Part shown: positions 1-10,400 of the stretch, one piece after another | Layout: the number at the start of each line of letters is the position of its first letter | Position numbering within the stretch: position 1 is the stretch's first letter | Assembly (NCBI RefSeq): GCF_030684315.1 | Contig: NC_081400.1 | Span: 8,375,464 to 8,439,463 of the forward strand | Length of the DNA: 64,000 bases | Origin: Stegostoma tigrinum | Lineage: Eukaryota | Direction: 5' to 3' | The notes under the pieces: model-generated | Seen by the model: only the letters and a program-made list of their open reading frames with translations | What the model was told of the DNA's origin: nothing | Databases searched by the model: none | Made by a program: the position numbers and the translations under genes

Positions 1-200
1 GGAATTTTTTGCCACAGAGCGCAGTGAGGCCGGGACGTTAAATGTCTTCAAAGCAGACATTAATAAATTCTATATCTCACAAGGAATCAAGGGCTATGGA
101 GAGAGTGCAGGGAAGTGGAGTTGAAATGTCTATCAGCCATGATTAAATGGCAGGGTGGACTCGAAGGGCCGAATGGCCTTACTTCCACTCCTATGTTTTA
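1..200 (+). mobile_element. CR1-type LINE 3' end
   Basis: Typical CR1 3' end (gggccgaatggccttacttccactcctatg), equivalent to 45872-46066. Confidence 0.7.
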
Positions 201-1544
201 TGGTCTTAATGTAGAACACTACCAGCGTGAGATTAAACACCTTGAAACTGGAGCTGTCTTTATTCATTGGTAAATCTTTTCTTAAGGCGGGTGTGTGATG
301 ACACTTTGCCTTTGTAGATTTGTTTCTATCCTGCTTCTCTTCTAGAGGGGTGTTGTCACATTGGTGTCAACATGTCTCATTCATACATGCAGTTGGTTAA
401 CATCTTTGAGTTCTCCCTGTGTGGTTTTTTTTGAAATTGTGATGAAACGTAAGATAAAACAATCACAAAAAGTTGGAGTCAGGATCAGAGAGTCGGAAAA
501 GGACTTTAGCTTTGCTTTCTGTTGTTCGAGTAGATTTTTACTGGCTGCTGGAGCTAAAAGCTTCAGTTCTGTGCTGCTGGATTAACGTCTTAGACAGAGG
601 GGTTTACTTTTAAGATTAAACAAAATGGATTTTATTTCTAAACGGTGTTAATTTCTATTGGATTGGAGGCAGACAGCACGTGGGAATAATAAGTGTTTTG
701 CTGAATTGTGTTTGTCAACAGTGTGTTTGTGACATGCCGTCTGCTTTGGAACTGTTGTGGATTAATGATTAAATAATTCATTATTTTCGAAGAATTTAAT
801 CGATTATAGCAATGCCAAATCTTCCTCCCGCTGTATTTTCATTGTTTCATTGCAATAACATGTACTCTGATTAAGGTTTAGCAATCATCCAACTGAATCT
901 TATCTTTAACAGCACTTCATATGTGCCTGTCAAAAAATTCAATGTTAGGGTGTTGGCTATTTCCATGATATACTTGGGCAGATTAGCTATGGGAAGTGCA
1001 GGCTTGTTTGGATAGGTTGGGGAGTTCGATCTAAGTGTGCTGTTCTCCAAAATGGACTCGATAGGCCTAATAGAGTTCCTCCACACTGAAAGTTACTACT
1101 CATGAGATAATGCTAATAATTGGTGAAGTAAGAAAATCGAAGAAAATGAAGTTAGTCAACTGATTAAGAAAATCAATTTATTGACAGATCTGGCTGCGGT
1201 GATGACATTCGGTTAATATGAATCTGCAGTGAATACTTGAAATGGAGTTGGTAATTATTGCAAGCAAAGAGACATTTAAAGTTGGCCTGACACAAATTAG
1301 TTTTCAGCATTTTCTCTTCACATGTCATTGAATTAAAAACTTTGACATATGCAACATGTGCAATGTTTGTAGATTCTAGTTTGTAACATTCAAAATAGTG
1401 GTGCACACCATAAGCCAGTAATTGTAACTATTTGTCTTTGTGAAAGAGGTGTCTTATTTTAAATTCTGCACTTGTGCGATTTTATTTGCTAAATTAAGAT
1501 GAAGAATTCTGGTCTAGTTTGCTACATTTAAACTCCAATAAATT

Positions 1545-2590
1545 AGCGATTTAGTTTGACTTGATTTATTGTTGTCAAATGTACCAAGATACAGTGATGG
1601 TACAAAGTGCATCAGACAGCAATACAGAGTGCACAATGCAGTGTTACAGTTGCAGGCAGAGGGAGCTCAACATTGACATTTGAGAATGCCAGTTAAAAGT
1701 TTGAAAAGGGAAGAAGCTATTCTTCAATCTGATCATAAGTGTATTCAAACTTTTGTATCTTCTGCTTAATGGAATAAGGTACAACCAGGCTGAGAGGTTA
1801 CTTTATTATGTTGGTACCTTTCCCATGGCAGCAGAAAATTTTGATGGAGTCAATCGATGCAAGGCTACATTGCATGATGGATGGGGCTGTGTACATGCCT
1901 CTGTATGTTCTTGTGGTTTTAGGAAGAGCAGTTGTCACACCATGCTATGACATATCCAGACAATATGCTTTCTATGGTGCAAATGGAAACATTAATAAGA
2001 GTCTTTGTGAACATGTCAAATTTCTTGAGCTTGCAGAGGAATTAGAAATGTTGTTCTGCTTCTTTGACAGCCACTTTCACATGGATGGACCACAACAGAC
2101 AGTTGATGATCATCATTCCCAGGGTCTTGACACTCTGTATGACCTCTACTTCAGCATCATTGATGCAGACACTGGACGTGTGCTCCAGTCCGCTTCCTGA
2201 AGTCGATGACCAGAGCCTTCATTTTGCTGATGTTGATGGAAAGATTGTGGTCCTTCAACGATGCTGCTCAGCTCTCAGTCTCTTTTCTGTACTCTGTCTC
2301 TTTATCGTTGAAAATCCAACCCACAATACTGATGTCATCATCCCATCCCAATGGGGTTGTGGTGGAAATTGACTTCACGGCCGGGAGTGCATTAGGAGTA
2401 CAGTAGAGACATGAGTCTGAGGTCTTGTGGGGCTCTGGTGTTGATGTTTATTGTGGAGAATGAGTTTGCAACGATTCTCACTGATCAGGACTTTGTTGAT
2501 CCAATTACAGAGAGGGAAGCTGAGACCTAGGTCTTGAGGTTTTGAGGTATATTTGTTTGGAATTATGTTGTTGAAGGCATAGCTATCGTC
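1545..2590 (-). mobile_element. Degraded Rex1/Babar-like LINE fragment
   Basis: RT-like peptide SYAFNNIIPNKYTSKPQDLGLSFPLCNWI in ORF 2375-2665. Interrupted by the Penelope-like element. Paralogous part at ~49185-50015. Confidence 0.6.
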
Positions 2591-4667
2591 CTCCCACCCA
2601 CAGCCTCCAACCTCATTGTTCCCCAACCCCGCATGGCCTGTTTCTATCTCCTTCCCAAAATCCACAAACCTGCCTGCCCTGGTCGACCCATCATTTCAGC
2701 CTGTTCCTGCCCCACCGAACTCATCTCCACCTATTTGGACTCCATTTTCTACCCTTTGGTCCAGGAACTGCCTACCTACGTCCATGGCACCACCCACGCC
2801 CTCCACCTTCTTCAGGACTTCCAATTCCCTGGCCCCCAACACCTCATTTTCACTATGGACTTCCAGAGCCTATACACCTGTAATCCTCATGCAGATGGCC
2901 TGAAGGCCCTCTGCTTCTTCCTGTCCCACAGGCCTGACCAATCCCCCTCTACCGACACGCTCAACCACCTAGCCGAACTCGTCCTTACCCTCAAAAACTT
3001 CTCTTTCGATTCCTCCCACATCCTACAGACAAAGGGGGTGACCGTGGGTACCCGCATGGGCCCCAGCTATGCCTGCCTCTTTGGAGGTTACGAGGAACAG
3101 CCCCTCTTCTGCACCTACACAGGCCCCAAACCCCACCTCTTCCTCTGTTACATAAATGACTGTATTGGTGTCGCCTCTTGCCCCCCAGAGGAGGTCGAAC
3201 AGTTCATCCTCTTCACCAACACCTTCCACCCCAACCTCAGGTTCAACTGGACCATCTCCAACACATCCCTCACCTTCCTGGACCTCTCAGTCTCCATCTC
3301 AGGTAACCAGCTAGAAACTGATGTCCATTTCAAGCACACTGACTGCCACAGCTACCTAGAATACAGCTCCTCCCACCCACCGTCCTGCAAAAATTCCATC
3401 CCCATTCCCAATTCCTCCGCCTCCGCCGCATCTGCTCCCGCGATAAGGCATTCCAGTCCTCCCGCACATCCCAGATGTCCACGTTCTTCCAGGACCGCAA
3501 CTTTCCCCCCACAGTGGTCGAGAACGCCCTTGACCACGTCTCCCATGTTTCCCGCAACACATCCCTCACACCCAGCCCCCGCCACAACCGCCCTAAGAGG
3601 ATCCCCCTCGTTCTCACACACCACCCCACCAACCTCCGGATACAACGCATCATCCTCCGACACTTCCGCTATCTACAAACCGACCCCACCAGTCAAGCCA
3701 TTTTTCCATACCCACCCTTGTCTGCCTTCCGGAAAGACCACTTTTCCGTGACTCCCTTGTCCGCTCCAGACGCCCCTCCAACCTCACCACACCTGGCACC
3801 TTCCCCCGCAACAACAAGAAGTGCTACCCTTGCCCCCACACCTCCTCCCTCACCCCTATCCCAGGCCTCAAGATGATTTTCCATATCAAGCAGATGTTGA
3901 CCTGCACATCTGCCAATGTGGTACATTGTATCCATTTTAACCGGTGTGGCTTCCTCTACTTTGGGGAAACCAAGCAGAGGCTTGGTGACCGCTTTGCAGA
4001 ACACCTCTACTCGGTTCACAACAAACAACTGCACCTCCCAGTCGCAAACCATTTTAACTCCCCCTCCCATTCTTTAGATGACATGTTCATCATGGGCCTC
4101 CTGCAGTGCCACAATGATGCCACTCGTAGGTTGCAGGAACAGCAACTCATATTCCGCTTGGGAACCCTGCAGCCCAATGTTATCAATGTAGACCTCATAA
4201 GCTTCAAAATCTCCCCTTTCCCCACTGCATCCCAAAACCAGCCCAGTTCTTCCCCTCCCCCCGCCGCATCACACAACGAGTCCAGCTCGACCCCTCCCCC
4301 CACTGCATCCCAAAACCAGCCCAGCCTGTCTCCGCTTCCCTAACTTGTTCTACCTCTCACCCATCCCTTCCTCCCACCTCAAGCCGCACCTCCATTTCCT
4401 ACCTATCACCTCATCCCGCCTCCTTGCCCTGTCCGTCTTCCCTGGACTGACCTATCCCCTCCCTACCTCCTCACCTATACTCTCCTCTCTACCTATCTTT
4501 TTTTCTCTACATCTTCCGTCCGCCTCTCCCTCTCTCCCTATTTATTCCAGTTCCCTCTCCCCATCCCCCTCTGTGATGAAGGGTCTAGGCCTGAAACATC
4601 AGCATTTGTGCTCCTGAGATGCTGCTTGGCCTGCTGTGTTCATCCAGTTCCACACTTTGTTATCTTA
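2590..4667 (+). mobile_element. Penelope-like retroelement (RT + GIY-YIG), 5'-truncated and frameshifted
   Basis: FYLLPKIHKP..PGRPIIS, QTKGVTVGTRMGPSYA, FLDLSV; endonuclease NVVHCIH...YFGETKQRLGDRFAEH...VANHFN...RLGTLQPN. Confidence 0.9.
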
Positions 4668-4669
4668 TA

Positions 4670-5790
4670 TCCAAATATGTCTTTTTCTTCATTAGCCAGC
4701 GCAACACATACATTTTACATTAACTCTAATTATGCAGTCACTACTACAGTCTATTTCAGTCTGTCTTTTCCCCACCACTGAACACTTCTATCTTCCTTCG
4801 TCAAAACCACGAAATTGCCTCAGCAATTAAGCCTGGATATATTTAAACAGATCCACACCAAGCATTTGGTTAAGATGGTTTCATCTTTGTTACTAACGTT
4901 ATCACTGCTACAACTTTTTACATTAACTTCTGCCATTTCAAGCCAACTGCCACTTTCAAGTCCCAAATTCTGAAGTTCAGAACTTCTCTGTCTCTCTCCC
5001 TCTCTCTCTAGCTCTTTCTTCTGCTTTTAATCATAACTCAAACCTTTCATTTCTTTTTCAGTTTCAAGCTTTTTAAAGATTTTGTTCATTGTTCTCTGCA
5101 TCTTTCCATCCCTCTGTTTTGACTTCTGCCTCCCCTTTTGTTCTTCCTCTTTCCATTGCCATTGTCATCTCAATCAAACTGCTTCATTTGCAATAGGATT
5201 TTAGCTTTTTCCAAGTATTGGGATTGCATTTCTTGCAAAATAAGTGTTACACTATCACTGCAATTTCCTCCCTTGCCCTCACAACAAAGGCAACCCCTAC
5301 CTCTGCTCATCTATCAATTCCACAAGCTCTGTCTTCTTCATGTTCTGTAAGCCACTCCGAGTGATTGCTCTCACACCCAGGAAACTCTTAAGCTCTCATG
5401 AAGCCATTGTGACACAAGGCACTCCCTGTTTAAATGAATCAAATGCTACATTTAAAACAGAATATGAATAGTCTCCAACCACTGTCTTTCAGTCCAATAA
5501 TTCTAAACCCAAGACCAATTTAAAGATCTTGATCTCAGACGAGACTCAATTTTGTTATGAATCAGACTGGCCTCCTAGTTCCCACGATATAGTAAGGAAA
5601 TAGCCTAAACACGAACTTGCTCTTTGTGTTAAGGTGATGTGAGATTTTTTTTTGTCAGATGCAATCTGATGTGGTCCACCACTAGGCTTCTAGAAAAAGA
5701 TACTAAATTGTTACAACACAATTCAAACACAAATGAAAAGACGACTGAATACTTTAGAAGATAATATATGAATTAACTACGAATGAGCAA
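4670..5790 (-). mobile_element. Degraded Gypsy gag/LTR-like remnant
   Basis: Purine-rich, coiled-coil-like coding on the minus strand resembling 39400-40400. No intact ORF. Confidence 0.35.
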
Positions 5791-6244
5791 CTGTTCCAGA
5801 GTTTCAGACTATTTTCCCCAGAGGACACATATCAATTACAACATCACTTAGGTTTAAGGTAAAAGGGGATCAGTTTAAATGAAATGTGAGAGGCTTTTTC
5901 TTTCGACAGAGGTTGAAAAGTACCTGGAACGTGCGCGCAGTGGATGTTGTGGAGGATCAAAGTTTGAGGGTCATCTTGGCAGATAAATGGACAGGTAGGG
6001 AAGAGAGATATAGGCTGAGTAGAAGCTAAAGATGTTTTTTTTTTGTTTAGAAAGGCATCCTGTATTGGCAGGACCTTGTTCGAGTGAAGGCCTGTTCCTG
6101 TATTGTACTGTTGGTTCTTAACACCAGGTCAAGTGCCAATAAAAACAGCGACACACACGTAATAATGGTGTTAAGTGGAGTGGTAACATTTATGTTACGG
6201 TAGACGGCATATAGATTTTGTTATGTTATTATGCAATTTTATAA

Positions 6245-6505
6245 GATTAGATTCCCTACAGCGTGGAAACAGGCCCTTCGGCCCAACAAATTCACACGGC
6301 CACTTGAAGCATCCATCCAGACCCATCCCCCTATAACGCACACACCCCTGAACACGACAGGCATCTTTGAACTTGGGGAGGAAACCCATGCAGACATGGG
6401 GAGAATGTGCAAACTCCACACAGGCAGTCGCCCTAAATTGGAATCAAACCTGGGTCACTGACACCATGAGGCTGCAGTGCTAACCACTGAGCCACCGTGC
6501 CGCCC
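6245..6505 (-). mobile_element. tRNA-derived SINE (HE1/V-SINE-like)
   Basis: A box GGCACGGTGGCTCAGTGGTTAGC, B box GGTTTGATTCC, core TGTGTGGAGTTTGCACATTCTCCCC. Confidence 0.85.
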
Positions 6506-7440
6506 TAATGCTGATCAGATCACACTTGAAGCCTGTGTTCTTGGAATAGTGCATGTGGCAAACAGCTGAAGGACCGTGGACATTCCAAGGAATGCTCATA
6601 TTAGACTCAAAAAGGTAGCACTGCTTCTCTATCCACAGGCACTGCTGGGCATATTGTGTTTCTGTGTGACCAAGAATAAAGCAAATCATTTGATTGACAT
6701 GGAATACAATATAGTAAACTCATTCTCTGCCTCTATGACCATGATAGTGAGAGCAGTGTGTCGACTGCATGCAGATATAAATTTCACAAAAATCATTTGT
6801 AAGTAACACACAAAACTGTAATTAGTAACGGTTAGCAATGTAAAGTTAGCAGTCTCCAGACAGCAGAATAAACTAAATGTTCTATTCTAATTTTCTGTTA
6901 ATTTCTGGTCTTGAGATGTATTGTTATTCTTCCAATATTTCAACATTCAACACACTTCAACAGACCCTGTAATCTACCTTTGATGGTGCAAAATATTACA
7001 TATATCCATATGAAACTTTGCATCAACTCAAACAAAGTAAACATTTTGAATTCTGACAAATTATTGGTCTTATCAGCAGTGTACGTATACTTAAAAGGAT
7101 AATAACAAGAAATAAAACTGTCCTCAGTAGCAGGTGAATCTTTACAACTTTGATCATTTCCATGTTGGAATGGTAATTCATTCATGACAGTTGGATATCA
7201 GATTGGTGAAGTATAGTGAAATCTTCAATTGGTGGAACAGATCCGTGTTCCAGGTTTCATTGTGTTTCCTCCTCACATGAGTTAAACATTCACTTCTACA
7301 CAAATGGGTCATAAAATACATGGACACAACACAAATTTAGGAAAACATTTCTTTGAAAATTACTGAAGCACACTTGTTAGGTGACTTCCCATTCAGAGAA
7401 AACATGCCACATGTTCTTCAAGTCATGAATGCCCCGTTCA

Positions 7441-7485
7441 TCAAAGTATTGGATCTTCGTTAAATTTCAACGGAGCATAAAAAGT
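7441..7485 (-). CDS. Copy 1 exon 6, terminal exon with tyrosine motif TFYAPLKFNEDPIL*
   Basis: Acceptor TTTCTGATTTGTTATCCAG| in phase 0. YAxLxF is typical of terminal exons of inhibitory receptors. Conserved in copy 2. Confidence 0.7.
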   Translation of the reverse strand, partial: TFYAPLKFNEDPIL

Positions 7486-10400
7486 CTGGATAACAAATCA
7501 GAAACTATTATCAGAGAAACTTGGGAGCAGGGAACAGCAATTCAACATTTGTTTAACAACTTCAGTTAAGAGTTATAGAGTCATAGAGTTATACACTGCA
7601 GAAAAGGCACTTCGGCCCAATGGGTCTATACCAGCATAACTACTGCTGATTACACTTTCTTGCGCTTCTCTCATATTGCCGAATTTCCTCCAATTTTGTA
7701 AGGATTGCAATCTCCACCATATCCCCAGGAAGTGCGTTCCCGATTCCCACTGCCTTCTGCGTAAAAAGGTTTTGCTTTAATTTTCTGAAACGCCCCACGA
7801 ATTATCGTGACCCTCTCATGATTGACAATCTCAATCAAGGACATTTCTGCTCTCTGTTCTGCCTGCACACACCCCTCATAAACTTATAGACCTCAGTCGT
7901 ATATCCTCTCGGTCTGCTAGACTCTTCAGAAAACAATTCAAGCCTGTCTAATTACATCCCACAGATCAATTTCTCCAACCCAGGCAACATACCAGTGACC
8001 TCCTATGTACCCCATCGAATGATATCACATCCTTCCTGTAGTGAGCTGACCAGAAATGCACATAATACTCCAAATGTAATCGAACTAACGCTTTGCAGAA
8101 GTCCAACATTAACTCCTTGAACGTATATGTAGCACAAACCATGAACGTAAGCGTCCCTTATGCCTCCCTAACGGTCTTATTCACGTACTCTGCCTACAGC
8201 AGGGATCTGAGTCATTAACGCAAGATACTTCGCTTCTGCGAAGCTACACAATGTCCTGCAATTTACTAAATATTCCCTCAACTTGTTTCTTCTTGAAAAG
8301 TACATCAACCCAAACTTATCAGAGTTAAATATTATTTGCCAAACCTGTGTCCCAATGAATAAACTATCTATACCCTCCTGCAAACGTCAATCATTTTCTT
8401 CAATATTAACCACATTACCAATTTTGGTGTTGGCTGCAAACTTATTAAAGATCTCCCCCTAAACCCCACCACACATACGCACACTACATTTTCATCTATA
8501 TCATGTGTGTACAAACAATAAGGTTTATAATACTGATCCTTGCATTCCACCACTGGACACCGGCCTCCCATAATTCGAACTGTTTTCCAGCACAAGCCCA
8601 GTTTGTGCTCCACCTCGCCAAGTGTCCCTGTACTCCGTGTGTTTTAATCTTATCAATTATTCTCCCATGTTAGGCTTTCCCAAAACCTTTGCAAAGAACA
8701 ATATAAAACACAACTACTGATCGTCCCCCATCTACACTCTTGATAATATTTTCTGAAAGATTCTAACAAATTTAATTGGCATGACCTCCCTCTGAAAAAG
8801 ACATACTGACTGTGTTTAAAGAACCCATGTTTCTCCATATGGGTATTAATTCTGTGTCTCAGAGAATTTTCCAAAAGTTCCCTATCACTAACATATGATT
8901 CAGCACCTGTTTTTCTGGTTCATTGCTACCACCCTACATAAAATGTGGAACCACATTAGCATCTTCCAGTCCACTGGCACGTCATCTGGAGCCAGATAGC
9001 AATTGCAAATTTGTGTAAGAGGCCCTGAAATTACCTCCCTCATCTCCCAGAGCAGCCTAGGATGAAATTCATCCAGGACGGCAGATTTGTCCGTTTTCAG
9101 CCTGACACAGCCTTCTTCAACACTCTTCCAGTGTCTGTTGGATTCAAACACAGGTTGCCCCCTTGGTGCCGAATGAACCCCCCTCTTTCACTGCTGAACC
9201 GCTTCCCTTTAATATACTGAAATAAAACAGGGGTTTACAGTCTTTGTCATTGAGCCAGTGTGTATGCTTGCAGACATTTCGTCACCCTGTCAGATAAGAT
9301 CAGCGTGGCTCTGGTGAAGTGTTAGTGTTCTGGCCCATTTGTTACTTATATGCCTCCGTTCGGCACAGGAAGCAAGTCTGCAAACTCAGCCACGACCAAA
9401 ATACAAGCCTTCTCAAAAAAAAGTTTAAAATTCAAAAATTAGCGTTCTCACTAATTCTCTTCGTAAGTTCTCCTTCATGCCCCCTTTTTTGTGCTTCTAG
9501 TTATTCTATTACGTTCCCTCCTGCACTTTCTGTATTCCTCTAGGGCCGCAACTGAATTTCTCCTTTTGAACTTGCTAAAAGCTCCACACATTTTCTTTAT
9601 TCAGCCCTGAACATATTGCTCTTATATTACCCTCTAACTGGCATATGTTTGACTTGTACTCTCCTCAGCTCAGTTTTCAATACCTCCGACTGCTATGCTG
9701 GAGGCCTACTTGAAAAGAGCTGCTCCCAGTCACTTATGGCCAGATCCTGCTTTGCTTTATTAAAATCTGGCTTCTCCCAATCCAGAGCCATAGCTTGAGG
9801 GCTGTTTCTTCCTTCTCCAGAACAAATTTGAATCATATTTTGTGACGGCCTCTATTGCTCAAATGTACCCCCAGTCCCACAAAGAACACGTCTTAGTTCT
9901 TTCCCAACAGCCAATTCAAGTAGTGTACCATTCCTTGTACCGCATAAATCAAAAAGCACCCCTCGACTGGTTTCAAGAAATCAGTTCCCTCTAAACCCTT
10001 AATGCTATGACTATCTCAGTTTATGTTATGAAGGATGAAATCTCATCGTATAATTTTGTAATTATTACTCTTACACGCTTCTTACTTTGTTGTGACTCTT
10101 TGGGCCCTATTATACACATCCATTAAAGTAACTGGCCCCTTAACATTTCTGACAGAAGATTGCTATATCCCGTACTCTTATAAATTGCAATTGATCAGAA
10201 CAAAAAACGAAAGCTCCCCCACCCACCCTCACTTTGGAACATGCACAGAGTGAACTGTTCTGTGAACAGAACAGTTCTCTGTTTTCACCCAATGACATGC
10301 TTTTAACAATCTAGTTATTTCAACGAGATCATGACTTTATCTTCTTTTTATGCAGCAATATTCTTCGCACCTGTATTGTAGATTCTCAGAATGCAAAAAG

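Noticed and set aside
6420-6505. tRNA gene-like A/B boxes
   Set aside because: These are SINE heads followed by the SINE core and tail, and recur five times in the window.
10086-10106. 21-nt micro-exon candidate (GPKSHNK) with AG/GTAAG ends
   Set aside because: It lies in the decayed CR1 endonuclease region (YRPP-like motif) and has a poor pyrimidine tract.
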